A stretch of 47,376 bases of DNA from Toensbergia leucococca. Its lineage: Eukaryota. The DNA lies in contig JALDZS010000013.1 of assembly GCA_022813965.1 (NCBI GenBank), positions 186,001 through 233,376 of the forward strand, read 5' to 3'. Positions 22,876-35,100 of this stretch are shown here, piece after piece (position 1 is the stretch's first letter; every line of letters begins with the position of its first letter). The position numbers were made by a program, and so were the translations under genes. Under the pieces are notes generated by a model that did not search any database, was not told the origin of the DNA, and was given only the letters and a program-made list of their open reading frames with translations.

Positions 22876-22909
22876 AGCCGCCACTCCCGCTCGCTAACAT
22901 GGGCTGGTA
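22876..22909. promoter_or_regulatory. Shared promoter motif, copy 2
   Basis: AGCCGCcactcCCGCTCGCTAACATGGGCTGGTA in the methyltransferase/SDR2 divergent intergenic region. Confidence 0.55.
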
Positions 22910-23166
22910 GTAGGTATATAAATGAGTACCACTAGTGTTCCGCTGATGCCGCCACTTTTCTTGCTTTTTGCTGACTGACCTTATGCCCACTTTCTGACCG
23001 GCTTAACTTTATCACGCACATTAGTGGCTACTGACTAATCCTGTCCTCACCGGTCACATGTGTCCCAATATAACATGATGGAAATAATCATCTCACAATC
23101 TCTCCACGCCTCCTCATACCTTAGAATCTCCACATTGACCCAGAAAGAGGAGCAGTATCGGCAGCA

Positions 23167-24474
23167 ATGTCTGTTGTTCGTAAGACGGTGATTGTCACCG
23201 GCGCCGCAAGTCTAACCCCGAAATTTTCTTCGTCAATCGTGCGTGACAGTGATGTTCCTTACGAGAGATAACAGAATCGCGGCATCGGACACGCTATCTG
23301 CACAATGCTTCTTGCTCACCAGGATGTCGGGCCGTTGAAACTGTTCGCCACGTCTCGCAAAGGAGAACCGCTCGGCTTTTCTCTCCGGGATTCCGCGACG
23401 CAAGAGGTCGTTTATCCTTCCCTTGACGTTGAGCAGCCGGAGAGTATCCGGTCATTGGCGGCGCGGGTGACCAAGGAAAGTGAAACCGGCAAAATCGATG
23501 TGTTAATTAACAACGCTGGCGTTTACGTCCCAGTTGAGGGGCCAGATGCGCTTTCACATGCTGAGAAGACATTGAGAGTGAATTATTGGGGCGTGAAGGA
23601 GGTATGTTCTTGATTACATTTTCTGCATACCTCACTTCCCTTTTTCTCTTTCTCGTATGCCTCGGATTCTGACCGAGGACGAGAGTTCTACCCTTTCTGC
23701 GTCTCTTGTGACAACGATTGGTTTCGCAATTGCTGTTCAAGCGTTCCTCTCGAACTGCTCCGAAAGAACCTACCAAACTACTAAAATATCTTTCATTGAG
23801 TGATAGATGTGTGAGAACGTAATTCCTCATCTCTCCACCAACGGAAGAATCGTCAACGTTTCCTCGCAATCCTCTCATATCAACGAGTACGGCGCCAATA
23901 TCCGCGCTCGGTTCCGCAATCCCGACATCACGTTCCCCGAACTCGAGGCTCTACTCGATGACTATCTTGTGAGTTCCATCCATACCCCCCCTTTCCCTCC
24001 TCTCTCTCTCCATCGGCCTCAACCCAAAAGCCTTTTTCTAACGACCAACGAATCAAGTCCTCCGTGCAAAACACTCCCCAAGCCAACGACGAGAACGCCA
24101 ACGATGCGAACGCTAACAACGAGAACACCAACGACGAAAAAGCCATCGACGAGAACTCCTTCGGCCCCCCGGACCGCGCGTACAACGTCTCGAAAGCCGG
24201 CGTCAACGTGCTCACGCACATCTACGCCCGCGAGCACCCGGGCCTGAGCATCCACGCGTGCTGTCCCGGCTGGGTGCGCACGGACATGGGCTATCAGGTC
24301 GGCCCCGAACCTCCCAAGTCCCTCGAAGACGGCGTGCGGATTCCCCTGCGTTTGGCTTTCGGTGACCTTGACGGCCAGCCTCGCGGGGGTTTCTGGGCGA
24401 ATTCGTCGGCCAGGATTTCCGGGGATGGCGGGTTGAGGGTGTGGGCGGAGGATGGGTCGCATGTTTTTGCTTGA
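23167..24474 (+). CDS. Carbonyl reductase-like SDR (CBR1 type), 4 exons, first intron GC-AG
   Basis: MSVVRKTVIVTGA|NRGIG, IDVLINNAG, TLRVNYWG, GRIVNVSS, YNVSK and CCPGWVRTDMG. Confidence 0.88.
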
Positions 24475-24886
24475 TTGTCATACGAGTAGTAGTAATAGTA
24501 AGATTTATTCGCCCGGCTTTAGCCTAAAGGGCACTGGTCTAATTACTTGAGTTCGGTTTCTTTCCTTACACGCGTAACTCCTAATGGTTTAAAATATTGG
24601 GAACGGCTAAATACACAATTTTGGCTAAATAGGTATTTATACATTTCATATCGGGTTAGGTAGGCAAGCGGGACGGGTATAATTTCCGGGGAGCCGCTGA
24701 GGAGCCGCCGGGGAGCCGCCGGGGAGCCGGGAGATTGCAGCCTAAATTTGCCACATATTATCTCATGTCGACCTGTCTTTCGTGTCAGGGGTAAGTTTAT
24801 TTTTATTTTCAGTCTATCTAGCTAACGCATTACATCATCTAGATATACCGGGAGAGGAGGTTGCACTGACCCTGATGGCCGCCCAA

Positions 24887-25251
24887 ATGCAGAGGAATCG
24901 AATCCCTTCAGGCCACTCCTGTCCACCTATTATCGGTCGATTGGATGCCACGCGGCCCATTCTAATGTGTGGGCTACGGCTCGGTCAGACCCGCTTTCAT
25001 GTCAGGCGTAATGCGGAGGAATTGAACCCCTTCAGGCCACTCCTACCCACCTATTATCGGTTGACTGAATGCCACGCGGCCCATTCTAATGTGTGAGCTA
25101 CGGCTCGGTCAGACCCGCTTTCATGTCAGGCGTAATGCGGAGAAATCAAACCCCTTCAGGTCACTCCTAGCCACCTATTATCAGTCAACTGAATGCCACG
25201 CAGCCCATTCTAATGGGTCAGCTACGGCTCCGTCAGACCCGCTTTCATGTC
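24887..25251. repeat. Three tandem 124-bp units
   Basis: Units start at 24887, 25011 and 25135 (ATGCRGAGRAAT…CCCTTCAGG…CAGACCCGCTTTCATGTC). Confidence 0.92.
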
Positions 25252-25675
25252 CGTTTCTCAAAAACTGAAAACAGCGTTAAATTCATAGTCACATTATGCT
25301 GATCTGTACACATCCTTGACATAAGCAATATTGATTCTTTCATATGTTATTGACGGGGATGAATACGTACAACGTTTCTTACCCCACAGTGACGAAAGGC
25401 TTGAGCAGTATTTGTATGAGTTTTCATGCATACAATACCGAGGCAGAGATTGACTTGACAGTCATATCCATTTCATCCTGAGCAGCTGAGATGTTAGAAA
25501 TCACAAAGAGCGGTAAGAGCGGTAAGAGCGGTAAGAGCGATAAGATTGACAGGTTACCCAAGCAGCGGTACAGGTATATGCAATGCAGGCACAGCAGGCA
25601 CAGCAGGTCAATTTTCATGCATGTTCGAGGATGCATAATTTGAATCTCATTATCAATTTCCATGTGGTTCAAGCA
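25241..25675 (+). pseudogene. Degenerate duplicate of the 3' end and 3' UTR of the oxoamine synthase gene (18885-19293), RIP-like mutations
   Basis: Co-linear alignment by eye; W codons changed to stops, a 9-bp (AAGAGCGGT) expansion, a 1-bp deletion, and a strong C>T/G>A bias. Confidence 0.92.
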
Positions 25676-25862
25676 CCGGTTCTATCCTCATATGCCGATC
25701 CTATGAATGTCAACTCAATGAAGCGAGTTCAGCATAGCAGTGATACTTTTACAGGATCGATTTCCATGTAGGTCAAGCACCGGTTCTATCCTCATATGCC
25801 GATCCTATGAATGTCAACTCAATGAAGCGAGTTCAGCATAGCAGCGATACTTTTGCAGGATC
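25656..25862. repeat. Tandem duplication, 2 x 104 bp, in the PKS promoter
   Basis: TCAAGCACCGGTTCTATCCTCATATGCCGATCC… at 25669 and 25773. Confidence 0.92.
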
Positions 25863-26030
25863 ATGCCATGAGGGAAGCTACCATATATAATATCATTGCT
25901 GGTCCTTTGACAAACGTAAAGCGTCCACAACGCTCATTCGTTCCACAACTCGTATTGCTCAATTGATCGAATCTATCCATTCGGAAGTTAGTGCACACTG
26001 CCGTTGTCTAAGTTAGAGATAACGTGAGAG

Positions 26031-29000
26031 ATGGACACCGTCAATAATGTGAACAACCGTATGCCCAAAGTTCCTCAGATCGGAGTCGACCAGATTGAGG
26101 AAGTTCGAAATGGTAAGCCCGTTTTCATTACCTTGGTTACCAAGTCAGGACTCAGACTGACTATTCTTTGAAATGAAGGACTTCCGAACGGAAACGGCAA
26201 CGGTAACACGTTGCCCTTCCAGAATGGTGTCAATGGCCATGGCATCAACGGCGAAGGTGCCCATCGTGCTGCCAACGACAAACTTTTCGCTCCCATTGCC
26301 ATATGCGGCATGGCCTGTCGACTTCCTGGGAACGTTTCAACTCCCGAAGACTTGTGGAACTTTCTCGCAACGGGAGGAGACGCTCGCGGTGTTGTCCCAA
26401 ACACCAGGTGGAGTCCTGCATCTTGGTATTCGCCGACTAAGAAGAAAGGATTCTCAAACACTCAGCATGGATATTTCCTCGATGAAAGCATTGACATTGG
26501 AGCTCTCGACACTGCAGCATTCCCTATGTCCAAAAGCGAACTCGAACGTATGGATCCTCAGCAGAGACTGATACTTGAAGTAGCACGCGAATGCCTTGAC
26601 GATGCCGGCGAGGTCAATTGGGAGGGAAGTGATACAGGTGTCTTCGTCGGTTGCTTTGGTCAAGATTGGAATGATTTGAACTACCGTGACACTTTGAAAT
26701 GGAGTCAGTATCAAATCACAGGAGGCGGTGACTTCATGGTATCTGAACGTATATCCCATCAGCTTGATCTGCATGGACCATGGTAGAATCCCTTTGCCTA
26801 TTCACATTTATGGATCAGGTACGCTGACTCTTAGCTCACAGCATGACAATACGGACTGCTTGCTCTTCATCAATGATTGCTTTAAACGATGCTTGCATGG
26901 CAGTTGCGAAAGGAGACTGTAGAGCAGCCATTGTAGGGGGGACTAGTCTTCATCTATCTCCCGCGACATTGACAGGCTTAGCTGACGCCGGCATATTCAG
27001 TCCTGAAGGATCGTCAAAAACGTTTTCCGCGAACGCTGACGGATTTGCACGCGGCGAAGGGATAGTAACAATCCATATCAAGAACTTAGACGATGCGATT
27101 CGTGACGGTAATGCCATTCGTGCTGTCATTAGGGGAGTATCAACCAACTCCGACGGCAGAACACCAACCATGGGCAGACCTGTTGCTCGTACACAGGTTG
27201 CTAATATCAAAAGAGCGTACGAGGTTGCCGGCATCTCCGATTACGGAAAAACTGGATTATTTGAATGCCACGGAACTGGTACTGCTGCGGGTGACCCTGT
27301 CGAGACGGCGGCGCTCGCCGCTATTTTCGGCGAGGAGGGTATCTACATTTCGTCAGTAAAACCCAATGTGGGACATTCTGAAGGGGCTGCAGGAATCACC
27401 GGAGTTGCGAAGGCTATTCTTGCCCTGGAAAATAGCCAAATCCCGCCGAGTATCAAAGCGTGGCCGCTGAACCCGGAAATTCCATTCGAAAAATACCGCC
27501 TATCGGTAGCATCTGAACTGACGCCTTGGCCAGCTGGGCGCCATGAGCGTGTCAGCGTCAACTCCTTTGGTTTTGCAGGGTCGAATGGTCACGCCATTAT
27601 CGACTCAGCCAAGAGCTTCGGTATCTCAGCCGGGTCAGTCGATCGAGAGACCGGAGCAGACATCCCAAACCTTTTCGTCTATTCGGCATATTCCGACAGG
27701 TCTCTCGAAATGATGGGTAAAAACCTCGAAAGCTTCTTAGAGACGACATCGAAACCATTTGCAGATATTGCTTACACGCTCAGTCGTAGGCGGCGACACC
27801 TTTCGAACCGAGGTTTCATAGTATCATCCAAATTCAACCCTGGCAAAGCTGTTCACATTGCCTTTGAAGGAAAAAGTGTGGCCCCCGCTTTGATTATGGT
27901 TTTCACGGGACAAGGTGCTCAATGGCCACAAATGGGCCGCGATCTCATTCGTAATAACAAGATCTTTGCGGAGACAATCAAAGCCATCGACGTGGAACTT
28001 CTGCGGTTGGGGGCCAGCTGGAATATTGAAGGAGAGCTGAAAAAGAATTCGCGAACGACGAGGGTCAATGAAGCCGAGTATTCTCAGCCACTGTGCACGG
28101 CGATACAGATCGCTCTTGTCGACGCACTTGCACACCTCGGCGTGCGCCCAGGTGCTGTCATAGGTCACTCCTCAGGTGAGATTGCGGCTGCATACGCTGC
28201 AGGCGCCCTCACCCTAGTTGAGGCAGTAGTTGTTGCGTTTCATCGAGGCAAGGTATCCAAGCTGCAATCGAAACAAGGAGCAATGGCCGCTATCGGCCTC
28301 AGCTGGGAAGAGACTCAGAAGCTTTTGACGCCTGGCGTAGTGATTGCATGTTACAACTCACATAACAGCGTCACCATCTCGGGCGATGCTGACGCCGTCG
28401 CGAATCTCGTGTCCGACTTGAAGAAGAACCGTTCAGAAGTACAAGCGACCATCTTAAAGGTTGAACGGGCATACCACTCGCATCACATGGTCGAAATTGG
28501 TGAGGATTATTACCAGGCTATGGTTGCTTCAGGCGTGCTCGGCTCTCGCCCAAATATCCCATTCTTCTCCAGTGTCAGCGGGACAAAATTGAGCACTGTG
28601 TCGAAAGAGAGGCAGCTCGGCCCAAGGTACTGGCAGAGCAATCTTGAAAAGCCTGTGATGTTCAAGCCTGCTGTCGTCGAAATTTTGAAGCATCAAGATG
28701 TCGTTGATCCCATGTTCCTGGAAATTGGGCCCCACAGCGCATTGGAGGGCCCAATCCGGCAAATCTTGACCAAGGAATCGCGGAAGGCGCCCTACCTGTC
28801 AATCCTGACAAGGCGACAAAGTGGGAATGAAGGTCTACTTGGCGCGATCGGCAAGTTATGGTCACTCCACATTGACATAGACTTCACTCGACTTATGCCA
28901 GCCGGGCAAACATTGAACGACCTTCCCTGCTACCCTTGGGATCATCAAAAGACCCACTGGTACGAGCCCAGAGTAGCTCGCGAGTGGAGACTCGGTGGCC

Positions 29001-32000
29001 ATCCTTACCACAACTTACTGGGCATGAGGCTTCCGGAAAGTACCGCCCTGGAGCCGGTTTGGAGAAACCTACTTCACCTTAGCAATGTTCCCTGGGTATC
29101 CGATCACCGACTTGAAAACAACATTGTCTTTCCTTTCGCAGGTTTTCTAGCAATTGCGATTGAAGCTGCACAAGAGATCTGCGGATCTCGGCAAGCTGCT
29201 GTCGATTTGCGCAACGTGGTGATCAACACTCCCTTGCCGATCAATGAGGAGCTCCCCACGGAACTCCTGACAACGCTGCGTCGATGCCGTCTAACAGATA
29301 GCCAGGACAGTGAGTGGTGGGACTTCACCATCTCTGCTCACAACGGTAGTGACTGGACACGACATTGCGTGGGACAAGTCCGCGCCAACTCCGATGGTGA
29401 AATCCCAGCTGCTCATGCGCTACCTTCTACTCTGGGTACCCTGCCCAGAAGAGTGGACGGCCGAAAATGGTACGAAGCTCTCGTCCGTAAGGGGCTCTCA
29501 TATGGGCCACAATTCAGCTCCATGGAAAGCATCACTACAACAGTCGCATTACCCAGCAAAGCCTCGGCGAGTTTGCGTAACAATTGGCATGGTGACGAAG
29601 CAGATTACGCTCTGCATCCAGTTGTCATAGATGCATTCTTCCAATTGCAAAGTGTGGCCACATACAATGGGCAGACTCGTCTTTATCGGAGGCTGGTTCC
29701 GACAGGTCTTGACCAGATGACCATCTTTCCATGCTCGCAAGACCAGCTCCAGATGTTAGTGTCAAGCGAGTCCACAAAGACGGGAATTTCTTCTGGATCT
29801 GGTTATTGCACAAGCGATTCTGGTATTGTTGCTCAGTACTCAGGCGTTCGAATGACAGTTTTCGAAGCTTCTGATGCTGTGGTGAAAAACGACTTCCCAT
29901 TGACGGCTCGATCGGAATGGGTCCCACATATCGAACACAGTGATCTGGGCGTGTTTTTTGACCCAGTACGTGCTAACGTGCAGGATGTAGACATACATGC
30001 ATTTGAGGACCTGGTCAGTCTTGCATTCCAACATTCGCAGCAAGTTGTGCGATACTCCAAGCCTGAAGCTCCCCACCTACAGAAATACCAATCTTGGCTC
30101 AAAGAGCAGACAACAGCTCCTCCTCAAGTGAGCGACACTTCTGAATTACTGAAGTCGATCGAGTCAACTGCTTCGAAACTATTATCTGGTCCATTCGAGA
30201 TAGCGGCAACAGCTATCCGCGAGGTCTGTATAGCTCTTGAGTCAATCTTGACCGAGCAGAAAGAGATCCAAGACATTCTGGCAGCAGATGGTATGCTAGA
30301 CAAGCTCATTGACTTCATGTGTGGCCTGGACAGCTCACGCTTTTACCACGAGCTTGGGCTCTTCAAGCCTAATATTCGAATCCTCGAGCTTGGCGCCGGA
30401 TCCGGTACACGCACAGTAAAGATCTTAGAGGCCCTTCGCCATGAGAAAGGGCAGAGGCTTTTCTCAAGATACGTCTTGGCTGATGCTTCAATGGGTCTTC
30501 TCGATGTCGCCAAAACTCGTTTCAAGGACGAAGCATTTCTAGAGTTCACTCCTTTCATCGTGGAAAGAGACTTCGAGAGTCAGGGATTTGCCGAAGGCGA
30601 TTTTGATCTCGTTATTGCTGCTGGAGCGTTCCATAGAACCAAGAATATCGGGCAGAGTTTGTCAAATATTCGAAGGCTTTTGAGTCCAAAAGGAAAACTC
30701 CTGTGGCATGAGCCGCTCCCTGGATCAGCCTGGGCCAAATTTGTCTGTGGTGCACTACCCGGGTGGTGGTTTGGACAGGAAGACTCGCGTTCGCTTGAAC
30801 CATTCATCGATCAAACAGAGTCAGTCAAGGAGCTTGCTGCTAACGATTTGGGCACTCATCGGGTCCTCCGCAAAGACCAGCACATCTGTCAGAGTTTGAT
30901 TTTGCTCGCGCAACCAGATCTGGTAAAGCCAGCTTCAAAGAAGGTGACTGTAATATCTGGACAGGCCACATCCGAGACAGCGACTGTCTGTGATCAGCTC
31001 CAAGCCCAAGGATATGAAATCGTCCATCAAAGCTTCGAAGACCCTCCAATCGCTGACCAGAGCGTCCTTGTGCTAGTAGATTTAGAAGCCCCGTTCTTGT
31101 GGGATCTTACAGAAGCCCGCCTCAAGCTTTTCCAAAAGTTCATTGCGGGTCTTCAGGGATCAAGCGTCCTATGGGTTACTCGACAGAGTCAGGCTGGCGT
31201 CCAAGATCCAAGGTACTCACCTATAATCGGGCTCGCTCGAACGATGAGAACAGAGCTTGCCGCATATCTTGCTACTTGTGAGATAGATGACCTAGAATCC
31301 ACTGCCAACGGAACTGCCTTAGTCCATCTCTTCGCCAATTTTCAAGACAAAAGATATGACGGTGTACTTGCACCAGATTATGAGTTCGCAATTTCGAATG
31401 GCGAAGTCTTGGTCAGTCGGCTCTTTCCATTTGACTTGGATATTGAGATACAGGAAACATTACGATCACCTGAAGCGTATTTGGCCATGGGCAGGCCCGG
31501 TCAATTGGCGACTCTGTACTGGTCTGGAACACCTCATGGGACCCTCCAGGGAGACCAGGTCGAAGTCGAAGTGCATGCCGCCGGCCTCAATTTCAGGGTG
31601 GGTGACGTCAATACCTTCGAACGTACTGCGCTGACTCTGAACAGGATGTCTTGGTTGCCTCTGGTGTTCTGTCTTTCACCGAGAACACCTTCGGTTGCGA
31701 GGCAGCTGGCATTGTGCGGAAAATCGGCCCCGATGCCACCAAGTTCTCTGTTGGCGATCGAGTCTTTTTAATGAGCAACAGCACCTTTGCGACCTCATTG
31801 GTACTGTCTGAGATGTTATGCGAGAGAGTTCCAAACTCTTTGAACATGATTGATGCTGCAGCCACCCCTCTTGTCTTTTTGACAGCAATGTATTCACTGA
31901 TCGACGTTGGACGTCTCGAGGAAGGCCAGGTGAGTGAAACTGAGTACAAGATGATAAAGAATGCAGGTACTGACCCTAGCTGGCCCCCAGTCTGTCCTCA

Positions 32001-33837
32001 TCCACAGTGCTGCTGGTGGAGTTGGCATCGCCGCTATCCAAGTCGCGAGAATTCTCAAGGCCAACATCTATGTCACTGTTAGCACCACCGCGAAAAGACG
32101 GTATTTGATAGAGACTTTCGGGATACCTGACGAGAACATTTTTGACTCGCGGAGTACTACGTTCCTTACTGATATAATGCTACAGACCAAAGGCAGAGGC
32201 GTAGATATTGTGCTCAACTCTCTCGCAGGCGAGCTGCTGCATGCCACATGGAGCTGTGTTGCGAAATGGGGGAAGCTCGTTGAAATTGGCAAGCGAGATC
32301 TAATGGGATCTGGGAAACTGGACATGAAACCTTTCCTGGACAATCGCAGCTATTGTTGCGTTGATATCGACCAAATGTCCAGAGAGAGGCCTGAAATTAT
32401 CGCAAAGTAAGCTTAATGCGCTGATGCCGATCCAGTAACCGTCCTAACTTTGACAGACTCCTCCAACGGCTCGTGGATCACCTCAGCCGGGGACAGCTCC
32501 ACCCCGTGCCCATTTCCCAAGTCTTTCCCGCCCATGAAATCGTTTCAGCAATGAGATACATGCATCATGGCAAGCACATTGGCAAAATTGTCTTGCAACT
32601 AAGGGATGACGAGGGACATCATCTGACTGAGACACAAACCCCACCGAAGAGTTCGGTTGATTTGGACCCATCCGCCGCATATCTCCTGCTTGGAGGACTG
32701 GGAGGTCTCGGTCGCTCTGTTGCGCTTTACATGGCGGAGCGAGGCGCCCGAAATCTGATATTTTTGCAACGCTCAGCTGATAATCCAAAGCATCAGCAGT
32801 ACGTCAAAGAGCTTGAAAGCTTGGGGGTTAACGTTCGTTGTGTTCAGGGCAATGCTGCCCAACGTGCTGACATTGAGCGGGCGATCGACGAGGCTTCGGC
32901 GCCTGTCAAAGGCATTCTCAATCTGACTATTACCCTGGCTGATGAATCGTTCCCCGACATGTCTATTGACAGCTGGAACATTTGTGTTGATCCCAAAATC
33001 AAAGGCTCCTGGAACATCCTTGAAGTTGTCAAGTCGCGCGGCTTGGAGATTGACTTTTTGATCCTCATGAGCTCTTTCTCAGGTGTGATCGGTCAAGCAG
33101 GACAGGCCAACTACTCCAGCGCCAACACTTTTTTGGATGCGTTCTCTCAGTACAGTACTGAACAAGGAGTCCCGTGTACGGCCGTCATTTTCGGAGTCAT
33201 GGATGATATCGGGGTGATGAGCGACAAGGCGGAAACGCTGCGAAGATTGCAAGCCTCCGGTTGGCGGCTCAACAACGAACCCGAGCTTCTGGAAGCCGTG
33301 GACTCAGCAATCCAGCTCACTACTCAGCCTTCTTGTGAAACTCCAGTCAGCACGCGCTCACCAAAGCTACTCAACAAGACAAAATTCCTTTTCGGTCTTT
33401 GTCCGACTGTGCCGTTCGATAGTCCCGAAGCGGCCGCGACTTTGCGAACCGATGTCCGGATGGCAGTATACCACAACTCCAAAGCACAAAATCAAAACTT
33501 AAATGTAACTCAAGATGCGTTACGCTCGCTGATCGACACCGCGAAAAAGACACCGGCGATTTTTCAGGCCAACGAGAGCGTGGAGCTTTTGGCTCTAGAG
33601 ATTGGTAAGAAATTTTGCAGCTTGATGCTACTACCAACCGACAGGTTGACGCCCTCGATGAGGACAGCGGACTTGGGTCTAGACTCACTAGTGGCAGTTG
33701 AGTTAAGCGCCTGGTGGAAAGTGACGTTTGGAATTGAGTTGAGCACCATCGAAATCGTGAACATGGGGACGCTCGAGGCTTTGGGTCGGAGGGCGGCAGA
33801 TGATCTCTTACGACTCTACTCTAGTACATCGGTTTGA
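26031..33837 (+). CDS. Highly reducing iterative type I PKS (KS-AT-DH-cMT-ER-KR-ACP), no release domain; ~5 introns
   Basis: KS TACSSS/ECHGTGT/GHSEG; AT GHSSG/AYHSHH; DH HRLENNIVFP/DAFFQ; cMT LELGAGSG/AFHRT; ER LIHSAAGGVG; KR GGLGGLG/GQANYSSAN; ACP GLDSL. Introns near 26112-26179, 26783-26841, 31598-31645, 31930-31990 and 32407-32457. Confidence 0.95.
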
Positions 33838-34080
33838 CGGCAAGATAGGTGATAAGTAGAGATAAGGCAACGTCCCTCCCTACGTAGCGAGACACATTTG
33901 CAATTTAAAGGTTTTATTTTTCTTCTTTAAAAATTGTTGGTTACACAGGTAAGGTCACGTACATTACTGCAGTAATGAAGTGGTGTATCGTATGTATCCT
34001 GTTTCTCATTGTTGTACGTATATTCACTATCGTGCTGAAGTTACGAGGTCAAAATATTATCTATTCAGCTGGCCAATGTA

Positions 34081-35100
34081 CAGTTTTAGATCAACGTAGT
34101 GATCCTGAAAGCTTCAAATTTGCATCCATTTGCACCCATTTTTCAATTCCATCCACCTCATCTCAATGATACGAACCAACGGTGACCCCAATCCTCACAA
34201 ACGTGGCCGTCAGATCAGCTCAGCTACTAGGGAGGCGATCAGTTATGCAATCATCGTTCAGAATCGCGTCTCATTGAGTGAAATTTCAAATAATCAATAC
34301 ATCAATAAAGTGGGAGTGATGGCTAAGGAACCCGATGTAAATCCACATACGGCCCGGGATATTGCTGTCAGAGGCGTAAAAAGAGCTAGGAAAGACAGTA
34401 CACATTAGTCTTGCTTTGCTGATGAAAATATAGCTGCAGATAAGGGTTCTGAATGACACAAACTCTTGACAGAAGAACAGAAAGAGACTCTATTCAAGAA
34501 GGCTACAAGTAGCTATGAATGAAGACATACTAGATGAGTAGATGTTGCAAAGGTATGTTTCTGAGTCTTTCTCTCTATCTCAACTGATCTCTCTCAAGGA
34601 ATGCGGCCTTCATGCATCCCCTCTCACTATACACAAAGCTTTTTTCTCTGCTGATTATGGGTGATATCATTCATGATACAAGCCATTTCTCAATCAGAAG
34701 ATGAGAGATGACCGCTAAACCTTCTGTGTGTGACATGAGACATGAACATTGCATAGCAAGGAGGATGATCTATTAGACATAGGTGGTTGAGATCAGGTTA
34801 TTTTCACTGATGAGGCATCTGTTATAATGAGAGAGCATCAGGGAAAAGGCTTGATTGCACGAATCAAGGATGAGGAATGAAGCCTGAACTGCATGAAACG
34901 GGCGTTCACAACTAATTCTACATTCATGTTCTAAGGTTTCATTGCCTGAGGATGAAAGGGACCCTGTCACATATATGAGAAGGAGACCTGAGCTGTGTGA
35001 GCTGATTCTAAAGAGGAGCTTAGAAAAGAAGACATACTTCAGTACATGCAAAAGCATAAGATCTGGCTAGCAAAGCAAGAAGCCATAGATCTATCTCTAG
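34081..35100 (+). mobile_element. Decayed Tc1/mariner-like transposon relic
   Basis: Begins TA|CAGT. Stop-riddled frames retain FTDEAS (first DDE Asp context, ~34802) and FIA*G*KGPCHIY (~34938-34976), which resembles fungal Tc1-type transposases. Right end not located. Confidence 0.55.

Noticed and set aside
24887..25251. CRISPR-like array
   Set aside because: Whole 124-bp units are repeated with no unique spacers, the context is eukaryotic, and there are no cas genes.
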